Origin: Bacteroidales bacterium | GTDB lineage: Bacteria; Bacteroidota; Bacteroidia; Bacteroidales; VadinHA17 | Direction: 5' to 3' | Length of the DNA stretch: 64,000 nt | Assembly (NCBI GenBank): GCA_035530515.1 | Contig: DATKUO010000238.1 | Location: forward strand, 23,989-87,988 | Shown: positions 19,295-28,542 of the stretch, piece by piece | Layout of the letters: every line of letters begins with the position of its first letter | How positions within the stretch are numbered: the first letter of the stretch is position 1 | Notes under the pieces: model-generated | Databases searched by the model: none | What the model saw: only the letters and a program-made list of their open reading frames with translations | Told to the model about the DNA's origin: nothing | Translations under genes and position numbers: made by a program

Positions 19295-20228
19295 CTGTTG
19301 CAGACTCAACAATAACTGGCATCCTTAATGCAATACATGTATCATGTCTTCCGGTTACCTTCAATGTGGCCATCTCACCTTTACCAAAATTAAATGTCTC
19401 TTGGCCAACACCGGTAGATGAGGTTGGCTTGACAACGACTCTGAAAATGATTTCGTTTCCATTGGTAATACCACCATTAATCCCGCCTGCGTTATTTGTT
19501 GCTGTCTTTCCTTTACTATTTATAAAAGAATCGTTATGTTCCGATCCTTTCATTCTGGCTGCGGCAAAACCTGCTCCAAATTCAATTCCTTTAATAGCAG
19601 GAATTGAAAAGATAATATGGCTGATAGCAGATTCGAATGAGTAGAAGAATGGTTCGCCGATAGCCAAAGGCGGATTTTCTACTCTACATTCAATAATCCC
19701 ACCGATAGTATCGTTTAAAGCAATAGCCTTATTAACAGCATCCTCAATATTCTCAGAACCTCCAGCTGAAATAAGCCTTGCAGAAATTTCAGCTGATGAA
19801 GCAATCTTCTTAGCAACAACACCTGCAGCTACTAATCCCCAGGTCATCCTTCCCGAAAAATGACCACTACCACGCATATCAGCATAACCAGAGTGCTTTA
19901 CCTGAGAAACAAAATCGGCATGACCAGGTCGTGGAATATGTCTGAATTCATCATAATCAGATGATATTTTATCTTTGTTTCTTGTCATTATTGTAAAAGG
20001 GGCGCCGGTGGTTACTCCATTTAATACACCACTTAAAAATTCAGGCTGGTCGGGTTCCTGCCTCTTAGTAGTACCTATGCCCCCACTCTGCCGTCTTTTA
20101 AGATCAGCCATAAAATCAACCGGACTTACTGCCAAACCAGGGGGACATCCGTCTATTATCACACCGATTGCAGGGCCATGTGATTCTCCAAAGAGTGAAA
20201 CTCTGAAAATAACGCCGAAAGAATTCAT
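19233..20228 (-). CDS. aroC: chorismate synthase
   Basis: Motifs FRVSLFGESHGPAIGVIIDGCPPG, RPGHAD and GRHDTC are present. Confidence 0.9.
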   Translation of the reverse strand: MNSFGVIFRVSLFGESHGPAIGVIIDGCPPGLAVSPVDFMADLKRRQSGGIGTTKRQEPDQPEFLSGVLNGVTTGAPFTIMTRNKDKISSDYDEFRHIPRPGHADFVSQVKHSGYADMRGSGHFSGRMTWGLVAAGVVAKKIASSAEISARLISAGGSENIEDAVNKAIALNDTIGGIIECRVENPPLAIGEPFFYSFESAISHIIFSIPAIKGIEFGAGFAAARMKGSEHNDSFINSKGKTATNNAGGINGGITNGNEIIFRVVVKPTSSTGVGQETFNFGKGEMATLKVTGRHDTCIALRMPVIVESATAIAMADLILIDRGIYGVRTL

Positions 20229-20242
20229 GTGTATAATATTTA

Positions 20243-21277
20243 TTATTTATCTCTGAATCTTTTGTAAAAATCTATAATATCACCAACAGAAATTTTTTCA
20301 ACAATTGCTTTTCCAATGCCTTCTGTAAAAACAAAATTAATTTCAGTACCGGTTTTCTTTTTATCATGTAAAACAAGTTGCTCAATCTGATCATAAGGAA
20401 TATTGTGATCTCTGAGAAGACTAAATTTCTTCAGAAGGTCTATAATTCTATCCCTTTCATCCTGGCTTATTAATCCTCTCTCAAAGGAAAAATCTGTTGC
20501 AAACTCCATCCCCGACGCAATAGCGAAGCCATGTTTTACAGATTCTTTCATCTCAACAGCATGTCCGTATGTATGTCCGAAATTAAGAATACGTCTCAAC
20601 TCTGTTTCTCTTTCATCCTCAGATACCACCATCGCTTTAAAACTAACTGATTTAGTTATAAGAACAGAAAGAAGCTTAAGATCCCTGTCCATTATTTCTC
20701 TGTAGTTCCTCTCAATAAGATCAAACAATTCCTTATCACCTATAATTGCCGTCTTAATAAGTTCAGCTAAACCTGATAAATATTCCTGAACGGGAAGAGT
20801 TAGTAACATAGCCGGATCACAAATCACAAACTCAGGCTGCCTGATATTACCTAGCATATTTTTAGTACCACCAAGGTTTACCCCGTTTTTTCCACCGGTA
20901 CTGGCATCGACTTGAGATAATAAGGTGGATGATACATATCCGCATCTGATACCTCTCATATAGATTGAAGCCATAAAACCTGCCAGATCACAAACTACAC
21001 CTCCCCCAACAGCCAGTATAAATCCTGAGCGATCAATACCTGCATCAAGAATTTTTTCAGCAAGCTGCTCAATAACCTCAAGCCTTTTGCTAGCCTCGCC
21101 CGGAGGTACTGTAAATATCGGAACCTTTGGGAATCTGTCCCCATATTGTCTTCTTACATTGTCATCTGTAATAATAACTACACCCTTTTCAGGGAGCAGC
21201 AGGTTTACAGATTCCCAATTCTCCCCCACCAGTATTTCTGATCTGGATCCGGGAGTATTAATAATTATTTTTTCCAA
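20243..21277 (-). CDS. aroB: 3-dehydroquinate synthase
   Basis: Motifs GGGVVCDLAGFMASIYMRGI and LNFGHTYGHAVE are present. Confidence 0.9.
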   Translation of the reverse strand: MEKIIINTPGSRSEILVGENWESVNLLLPEKGVVIITDDNVRRQYGDRFPKVPIFTVPPGEASKRLEVIEQLAEKILDAGIDRSGFILAVGGGVVCDLAGFMASIYMRGIRCGYVSSTLLSQVDASTGGKNGVNLGGTKNMLGNIRQPEFVICDPAMLLTLPVQEYLSGLAELIKTAIIGDKELFDLIERNYREIMDRDLKLLSVLITKSVSFKAMVVSEDERETELRRILNFGHTYGHAVEMKESVKHGFAIASGMEFATDFSFERGLISQDERDRIIDLLKKFSLLRDHNIPYDQIEQLVLHDKKKTGTEINFVFTEGIGKAIVEKISVGDIIDFYKRFRDK

Positions 21278-21351
21278 TGGAGTAAAAAATAGTTTGTTAA
21301 AGTTAAAAAATCGACCTTAAAAAATAAATTATATAAGGATGAAATTTAAAA

Positions 21352-23226
21352 TTATTTCTCACTTAATTCAAGCCATCTCATCTCTTTATTGTCCAATATG
21401 TACAATATTTCCCCATGCCTTTTTGACTTTGAATACCATTCCTCCTGATTTAAAGTCCCTATACTCATTTCAGCTTCGATATTAATTTTTTCTGCCTCGA
21501 GCTTCTGGATATCAATTGCCAGTGATTCAAATTCCTGCTTCTCCTTAAATGTCAGTCCCTGCTTTTTCAATTTTTTACCTGAAGAATCTGAATCATTTTC
21601 AGGATTTACAGGTCTTAAAGGTTTTTCTGTAGAGGTCAGTCTTTCTGACTCCTGCTGCTTTGCCCTTAGCTGACTGTAGTTTCCTGGAAAATCTTTGATA
21701 ACACCTTCCCCTTTATATTCAAAAATATGATCAACAACTTTATCCATAAAATACCTGTCATGCGATACCACAATAACACAACCCTGGAATCCTGCCAGGT
21801 ATTCCTCAAGAATATTAAGAGTAAGAATATCAAGGTCATTGGTAGGTTCATCGAGGATAAGAAAATTTGGATTCCTCATAAGTACAGTCAGCAAATAAAG
21901 CCGTCTTTTTTCACCTCCTGATAATTTTCTGATCAACGTGTACTGTTTTTCGGGAGGAAACAAGAAATAGTTCATGAACTGGGTAATAGACAGAACATTA
22001 CCATCACTAACCATCACACTCTCTGCAATATTTTTTACCGCATCAATCACAGTCATTTCATCATCAAAATCAATACCCTGCTGACTATAATAACCGAAAA
22101 CTATGGTTTCTCCACGGTCAACAGTCCCTGAATCAGGTTCTGTTAATCCGGTAATTATATTCAGTAAAGTGGTTTTACCTGTACCATTACGCCCGATCAG
22201 TCCGGCTTTTTCAAATCTGTTAAAGAGATAATTAAACTCTTTTATCAGAACCTTATCACCATATGATTTGTTAACATTTTTTATTTCAAGGATCTTTTTA
22301 CCCATCCTTGAAATATTGACATTTATGTTGATGCTTTTCTCTTCAGGTTTATTAACTGCTTTTTCCTTAAGATCATAAAAAGACTCTACCCTCGATTTTG
22401 CTTTGTGTCGGCGAGCCTTAGGCATCCTTCTCATCCATTCGAGTTCGGTCTTAAGTAGATTTTGTGCTTTTCCGGTATTCATCTTTGCTGAATACTCCCT
22501 GCTCTGCTTTTTTTCAAGAAAGTACTCATAATTTCCTTTATATCGGTATAGTTCATTGTCTGCCAGTTCCAAAATAACATTACATACCCTGTCGAGAAAA
22601 TATCTGTCATGAGTAACCATCAGAAGAGTTTTATTTGACTTAATCAGATACTCTTCAAGCCATTCTATCATATCAAGGTCAAGATGATTAGTTGGCTCGT
22701 CAAGTATAAGCAGATCAGCATCTTCCACAAGTATTTTTGCCAGAGCAATTCGTTTTTTCTGTCCACCTGAAAGAGTCCCGATAATTGCATTAAGGTCGGT
22801 AAGTTTAAGTTTAAACAGAATCTGTTTTACAGCTACATCATAATCCCAGGCTTTATGGTCATCCATCTGTTGTATCATCTTATGAAGCATTTCAGGTGTA
22901 CCTGAGATTAGACATTCTTCATATTCTCTTATAACCTTAACCAGCTGACTTTCAGTAGAAAATAGCTCATCAATAATTTTATTAGATTCATTAAGATGAG
23001 GCGACTGTTGAAGATAAGCTATCTGCAAATCGCGTTTAATGCTAAGGGAACCTCCATCAGGAGTTTCAATCCCGGCAAGTATATCAAGCAGAGATGATTT
23101 TCCGGCCCCATTGACAGCTATCAGGGCAACCTTATCCTCCTTATTTACATTTAGATTTATGTTTTCGAAAAGAAGATGATCTCCAATCCGTCTGGATATA
23201 TTGTCAGCCTGCAGGTAACTTATCAT
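21352..23226 (-). CDS. ABC-F family ATPase (two ABC cassettes, no membrane domain)
   Basis: Two Walker A motifs (GVNGAGKSSLL, GRNGTGKTTLL) and two signature motifs (LSGGQKKR, LSGGEKRR), plus a C-terminal coiled-coil tail. Confidence 0.9.
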   Translation of the reverse strand: MISYLQADNISRRIGDHLLFENINLNVNKEDKVALIAVNGAGKSSLLDILAGIETPDGGSLSIKRDLQIAYLQQSPHLNESNKIIDELFSTESQLVKVIREYEECLISGTPEMLHKMIQQMDDHKAWDYDVAVKQILFKLKLTDLNAIIGTLSGGQKKRIALAKILVEDADLLILDEPTNHLDLDMIEWLEEYLIKSNKTLLMVTHDRYFLDRVCNVILELADNELYRYKGNYEYFLEKKQSREYSAKMNTGKAQNLLKTELEWMRRMPKARRHKAKSRVESFYDLKEKAVNKPEEKSININVNISRMGKKILEIKNVNKSYGDKVLIKEFNYLFNRFEKAGLIGRNGTGKTTLLNIITGLTEPDSGTVDRGETIVFGYYSQQGIDFDDEMTVIDAVKNIAESVMVSDGNVLSITQFMNYFLFPPEKQYTLIRKLSGGEKRRLYLLTVLMRNPNFLILDEPTNDLDILTLNILEEYLAGFQGCVIVVSHDRYFMDKVVDHIFEYKGEGVIKDFPGNYSQLRAKQQESERLTSTEKPLRPVNPENDSDSSGKKLKKQGLTFKEKQEFESLAIDIQKLEAEKINIEAEMSIGTLNQEEWYSKSKRHGEILYILDNKEMRWLELSEK

Positions 23227-23290
23227 AAATTATCAATATTGTGCAAAGATAAAAAGTGTTACCTTACCCACACTATATATTTTCATACCA

Positions 23291-23941
23291 ATGACCATTA
23301 AGGAAAGATTTAAACGGACCATCGATTATTTCCTCATCAACCAGCCACTTGCGGAAACAGAACTGACTTACAGAAATCCTTTTGAGCTCATTGTAGCTGT
23401 AATTTTGTCCGCACAATGTACCGATAAGAGAGTCAATATAATAACTCCTTCATTGCTTGAAAAATATCCTGATCCTCAATCTATGGCTAAGGCAGAACCA
23501 GAAGATATTTTTCAATTTATCAAATCATGTTCTTATCCAAATAATAAGTCAAAACATCTTTCAGGCATGTCGAGAATGTTAGTGAATGATTTTGATGGAA
23601 TAGTACCATCAGAACCAGTATCATTACAACAGCTGCCTGGTGTAGGAAGAAAGACTGCACATGTAGTAGCATCTGTAGTTTTTAATAAACCTGTAATGGC
23701 TGTTGATACACATGTATTCAGGGTGTCAAACAGAATTGGCCTAGTAAAAAATGCAAAAACGCCTCTGAGAGTTGAGAATCAACTTTCGCGACAGATCCCT
23801 CCTGAACTCCTTAATAAGGCACATCACTGGTTAATACTTCATGGGAGATATGTATGCAAAGCCAGAAATCCTCTTTGCAACCAATGCGGACTCACGGATT
23901 TCTGTAAATATTATACAGAAATTAGGATAAAAATAAAATAG
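23291..23941 (+). CDS. nth: endonuclease III
   Basis: HhH-GPD motif LPGVGRKTAHVV...VDTHV and the FeS cluster loop CKARNPLCNQCGLTDFC. Confidence 0.9.
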   Translation: MTIKERFKRTIDYFLINQPLAETELTYRNPFELIVAVILSAQCTDKRVNIITPSLLEKYPDPQSMAKAEPEDIFQFIKSCSYPNNKSKHLSGMSRMLVNDFDGIVPSEPVSLQQLPGVGRKTAHVVASVVFNKPVMAVDTHVFRVSNRIGLVKNAKTPLRVENQLSRQIPPELLNKAHHWLILHGRYVCKARNPLCNQCGLTDFCKYYTEIRIKIK

Positions 23942-24026
23942 AACATGTGACATGAAATTGTCAAACAATATCCCTTAGATAATCAATATTTACTACATTT
24001 AAAGCATAATTGTAACCATCATACCT

Positions 24027-27000
24027 ATGGATTATAAAGAACGATACAACGAATTGCTTGAAGCGAATAAAGGATTAAAGGATGAGCTTGAATCATTTCG
24101 TTTGAACAGTCAGGGTAAAAACGAGATTACCAGGGATATGGTATTCAAAGTTTTTCACTCGGCTTCACACTTAATGGCAATAAATAAATTAGATACCGGT
24201 ATATATGTTGATGTAAATAATGCATTTCTTGATACACTTGGTTACAAAAAAGATGAGGTAATCGGACTTACTCCAGATGATATTCAGATATTTAGTGATT
24301 TAGAAGAGAGTAATAAGTATATTAAGTTAATACCTAAGCTTAAAAAAATTAAAGATTATCCTGTAACACTGAAAACAAAAAGTGGAGAAGAAAAACCTTA
24401 TCTCTTTTCTGCTGAAACAGTACAGCTTGATAAAGAAGTTTATCTGCTTACAATATATAATGAAGTCATCATTTCAAAAGATAGAAAGATAAAAGAGAGC
24501 CAGGGTAGTGTATTGGATGAGATCTTTGAAACAGTAAGCAGCTATCTTGCACTTTACAGTATTGGGGAAGATGACAGGTTCTATATCATTGATTTAAACT
24601 ATAAGGTTGAAGAGGTTGAATTTATCCGGAAAAGTGAGGTAATTGGTAAATGTATCGATGATACACCTCTTATTAACAGGCTCAAGCTCGTTGAGCTTCT
24701 GCACCACCTGAAAATAACGGGTGAATCCCATAAGTTAGCAGCTTCTACCAAAGGGGACGATTCCGAAGGATTTTATATGGGTTTCCCTCTAACCTCAGGA
24801 AATATCGTTATTACCTGGGAACCAGGTAACTTTCAGAAAAACCTGGATGATTGGTACCGACAGGGGATTATTTTTGAGAAATTTGCAGAGATGCTGCCTG
24901 AAATGATATATGAGATAGATGTGGAGGGTAGAGTGTTATACGGAAACCAGAAAAGTTTGAATTTTTTCGGGTATACAAAAGAAGATCTCGCAAGAGGTGT
25001 AAACATTGCAGAATTATTTCCGGATAATTATAAAGGAATGATCGATAATCTGAAAGCCTTAACATTTCCTGGGCAGACTTCAAGTAATGAATATTATGCG
25101 AAGATCAGTGATGGGACCCAGATTCCTATTGAAACACATTCCTTTGCAACTTTTCTTGACGGTAAAGTTATGAGCTACAGAGGTGTTATAACCGATTTGA
25201 GCAAACAGAAAGAATATGAGAATCAGATAATCAGGGAAAAAGCTTTTCTTGAACACCTTTACAATTCGACTCCTGTAGCAATTGCAATTACCAATTCCTC
25301 CGGTACAATTTCCATGATTAACAGAGAATTCACAAATCTCTTTAACTTCACTTCAGAAGAAGCAGTTAACAGTAATATTAATGATCTTGTTGTGCCGGAT
25401 AATCTTAAAGAAGAAGCCATTAAAATTGACAAACTTGCTTCACTGAATAATAAGGAGGTAAGGCAAACAATCAGAAAAGATAAATTCGGTAATACGATAC
25501 ATGTTTCCCTTATTGCTACTTCGATTATCATTAATAATGAGAATGTTGCACATCTTGGTATTTACAGGGATATTACAACTGAAAGGAAAAATCTGCTTCT
25601 TCAGGAGATCCTTTTTAGTATATCAACAGCGGCACTTAAACAATACGATATTAAAGAGCTTTATCCGATAATTGTTTCGGAATTAAGTAAAATATGGGAT
25701 ACAAACAATTTTTTTATAGCTCTCTATGATAAAACCTCTGAAACGCTCTCACTTCCATTTTTTATTGATGAAAAAGACAACTTTTATGAGATCCCTACCA
25801 AGAAAACAATTACTGGCTGGGTTATTAATAATAACAAATCTGTTTTGCTCAAGGAAAATGATCTGAAAATTCTTGAAGAGGCAGGTGATATTGATCTTGT
25901 TGGCACCCCCTGTAAAGTTTGGATGGGTGTCCCTTTAAAAGTTGAGGATAACATTATCGGAGTAATGTGCCTGCAGGATTATAATGATGAGAACAAGTTT
26001 TCACCAGATGATGTTTCTATACTTGATTTTATTGCAAATCAGATTGCAATAGCCATTCAACGCGGAATGATGCTCGACAGCCTTATACTTGCTCGTAAGA
26101 ATGCAGAGGAGGCAGCAATGGCAAAACAACTGTTTATGTCGACTATGAGCCATGAGATCAGAACACCTCTTAATGAAGTGATAGGGATAACAAACCTCCT
26201 GTTACAGGAAAATCCCCGCGAAGATCAGATGGACTTTATTAAAACCCTTAAGTTCTCCGGTAATCATCTTCTGACTTTAGTTAATGATGTTCTCGATTAC
26301 AATAAGATGGAATCGGGTAAAATTATTTTTGAGCAGACCCAATTTAACCTCAGCAATTTTCTTGATGATATATTAAGATCATACTCTTTCAGATCAAAAG
26401 CAAAAAATCTCAGTTTTGATATAAAAATAGATGAAAACATTCCAGTAGAGGTTATAGGCGATTCCATAAGGCTCAATCAAATTCTCTCAAACCTCCTGTC
26501 AAATGCATTGAAATTCACTCCTAAAGGTAGTATAAATGTAACTGTAAAGGAGTTAAAACGAACTGATAGTCAGTCGAAAATGGAATTTTCAGTGATTGAT
26601 ACAGGAATTGGTATCCCAATAGATAAACATTCAACAATTTTTGACAGTTTCACACAAGCTTCACCTGATACAACGAGGCACTTTGGAGGTACAGGACTTG
26701 GATTAGCTATTTGCAAGAAACTTATCGAGCTACAGGGTGGAACAATCTCCATTGAGAGTGAACCAGAGAAAGGATCAATATTTCGGTTTGTAATATCCTT
26801 AGGTGTTGCAGCAAAGTCAGATAAGAAACAAGTTGCCGAAATCCCAGAAAATTATAACGGACTTGAAGGCAAGAAGATACTTGTTGCAGAAGACAATAAA
26901 ATAAACTTTTTTGTTGCAAATAAATTCTTGATTGGCTGGGGAATATCTGTCACTCATGCTGAAAACGGACAATTAGCACTTGAGGCACTTGAAAATGAAG

Positions 27001-27236
27001 ATTTCGATCTCATCCTGATGGATTTACAGATGCCGATTATGGATGGAATTGAAGCTACCAGAATAATCAGAAAATCAGAAAATCAGAAAATAAAGAACAT
27101 TCCTATTGTTGCACTTACAGCAGCCATTATGTCAGAGAGCCACGACAAAATAGATGACCTTAACATAAACGATTATGTCCTAAAGCCTTTTAAACCTCAT
27201 GACCTGTTTGAAAGGATACTTAAACATGTCAGGTAA
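24027..27236 (+). CDS. hybrid sensor histidine kinase/response regulator (multiple PAS, GAF, HisKA, HATPase_c, REC)
   Basis: H-box FMSTMSHEIRTPLNEV, N/G boxes LSNLLSNALKFT and GGTGLGLAICKKL, and a receiver domain with LILMDLQMPIMDG. Confidence 0.85.
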   Translation: MDYKERYNELLEANKGLKDELESFRLNSQGKNEITRDMVFKVFHSASHLMAINKLDTGIYVDVNNAFLDTLGYKKDEVIGLTPDDIQIFSDLEESNKYIKLIPKLKKIKDYPVTLKTKSGEEKPYLFSAETVQLDKEVYLLTIYNEVIISKDRKIKESQGSVLDEIFETVSSYLALYSIGEDDRFYIIDLNYKVEEVEFIRKSEVIGKCIDDTPLINRLKLVELLHHLKITGESHKLAASTKGDDSEGFYMGFPLTSGNIVITWEPGNFQKNLDDWYRQGIIFEKFAEMLPEMIYEIDVEGRVLYGNQKSLNFFGYTKEDLARGVNIAELFPDNYKGMIDNLKALTFPGQTSSNEYYAKISDGTQIPIETHSFATFLDGKVMSYRGVITDLSKQKEYENQIIREKAFLEHLYNSTPVAIAITNSSGTISMINREFTNLFNFTSEEAVNSNINDLVVPDNLKEEAIKIDKLASLNNKEVRQTIRKDKFGNTIHVSLIATSIIINNENVAHLGIYRDITTERKNLLLQEILFSISTAALKQYDIKELYPIIVSELSKIWDTNNFFIALYDKTSETLSLPFFIDEKDNFYEIPTKKTITGWVINNNKSVLLKENDLKILEEAGDIDLVGTPCKVWMGVPLKVEDNIIGVMCLQDYNDENKFSPDDVSILDFIANQIAIAIQRGMMLDSLILARKNAEEAAMAKQLFMSTMSHEIRTPLNEVIGITNLLLQENPREDQMDFIKTLKFSGNHLLTLVNDVLDYNKMESGKIIFEQTQFNLSNFLDDILRSYSFRSKAKNLSFDIKIDENIPVEVIGDSIRLNQILSNLLSNALKFTPKGSINVTVKELKRTDSQSKMEFSVIDTGIGIPIDKHSTIFDSFTQASPDTTRHFGGTGLGLAICKKLIELQGGTISIESEPEKGSIFRFVISLGVAAKSDKKQVAEIPENYNGLEGKKILVAEDNKINFFVANKFLIGWGISVTHAENGQLALEALENEDFDLILMDLQMPIMDGIEATRIIRKSENQKIKNIPIVALTAAIMSESHDKIDDLNINDYVLKPFKPHDLFERILKHVR
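27065..27088. repeat. perfect 8-bp tandem repeat (aatcagaa)x3 inside the receiver domain of the hybrid kinase
   Basis: Read directly from the sequence. It encodes ...RKSENQKIK...; the unit length is not a multiple of 3. Confidence 0.85.
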
Positions 27237-27264
27237 AAAGATAAAAGACAAAAGATAAAAGACA
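27237..27264. repeat. 14-bp tandem repeat (aaaagataaaagac)x2 in a convergent intergenic spacer
   Basis: Read directly from the sequence. It is followed by (aggagaa)x2 and then (gaacgct)x2.7 at 27293-27311. Confidence 0.8.
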
Positions 27265-27320
27265 AAAGTAAAAAGGAGAAAGGAGAAACGATGAACGCTG
27301 AACGCTGAACGATTAACTGT

Positions 27321-28523
27321 TTATTTTATGCAATTTCTGCTGATATATTCTGAAGCCCGCTTATTGCCCAGACTAAAGGATTTTCTGAAATCATGACAGG
27401 CATCTTCTGCTTTACCAGAATTTAGTAGGGCAATACCTTTATTCAGCCATACATCAGAATTTTCGGGTTCTAAATCCAAAGACATGCTGTAGTCCTTAAT
27501 AGCCCAATTCCATGACTTTGAAACAAAATATGAGTTTGCCCTGTCTATATAGCAACCAGGATCATTTGGATGAAGTTTCAGGTTTGCCGAAAAATATTCA
27601 AGAGCCTTAAGATTGTCCCCTGCTACTGCTTCAACTTTTCCTGCCAGACTTAATGCTTCTTTGTCTTTGGGATAAATATCAAGAAATCTTTCTATATCAG
27701 TCAGCGCTTTCCCTGTTTCCCCGGTCTTTATGTAACAGTCAGCTCTGAGAATTAATAATTTTGAATCAGCTGTGCCCAGGTCCAGAAGTTTCGTATAAGT
27801 ATTTGATGTTCCTGCCGGGTTGGAGGAAGCAGTCTGTGCTTTTGCAAGGATCCTTAAATATTTTTCATTTTCAGGATTTGAGTTAACCAATTCTGTAATA
27901 ACCCTTATGACTTCCTGATACTTTCCGGATTTCAGGTTAATTAATGATTCCGCATAAAGAATATCATTATCAGTCTGATAACTTCTTTTAAGTTCTGAAA
28001 GAATATCCTTCGATTCATCTATTTTTCCTGTGGAAACATAGTATTCGATCTCTGAAATACTCTTTTCCCTGGTACTGTACCACTCCTTTTTCCAGAACTG
28101 ACGCCACTCGGGACTGTTTTCAACAGGACCAAAAGCCGGATCAAGCATTATCTCCTTCTCACTTCTTTTAAATGCGGAATTGAGATTCATTTCCAGATGA
28201 TAAAGAGAAGTACCAACATCTCCTTTGAGGGCATAAATCCGTGAAAGTCCATATTCAGCGGAAAAAGGATTTATTCTATTTGCTTCATTATAATCACTGA
28301 TAGCTCCTGAATAATCACCTTTAATAGTATATGCTTCAGCTCTTTCTGCATAGAGCCTGCTTTCATTTATTTCAGATATTGCCCTGGTAAGAAGGGTAAT
28401 TGCAAGATCAGCTCTTCCATCATTTGTAAGCGCCTTAGCCTTAAGAACATAGTCAACAGCCTGTTGTCCGTAAACTATACCGGCACAGAACATTATGCAC
28501 GACAGGGTTATAAATTTCTTCAT
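27321..28523 (-). CDS. tetratricopeptide-repeat protein, exported
   Basis: There is a signal peptide and repeated TPR-like A/Y/G patterns (e.g. AERAEAYTIKGDYSGAISDYNEA). Confidence 0.7.
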   Translation of the reverse strand: MKKFITLSCIMFCAGIVYGQQAVDYVLKAKALTNDGRADLAITLLTRAISEINESRLYAERAEAYTIKGDYSGAISDYNEANRINPFSAEYGLSRIYALKGDVGTSLYHLEMNLNSAFKRSEKEIMLDPAFGPVENSPEWRQFWKKEWYSTREKSISEIEYYVSTGKIDESKDILSELKRSYQTDNDILYAESLINLKSGKYQEVIRVITELVNSNPENEKYLRILAKAQTASSNPAGTSNTYTKLLDLGTADSKLLILRADCYIKTGETGKALTDIERFLDIYPKDKEALSLAGKVEAVAGDNLKALEYFSANLKLHPNDPGCYIDRANSYFVSKSWNWAIKDYSMSLDLEPENSDVWLNKGIALLNSGKAEDACHDFRKSFSLGNKRASEYISRNCIK

Positions 28524-28542
28524 CTTTGATAATCATTCAAAA

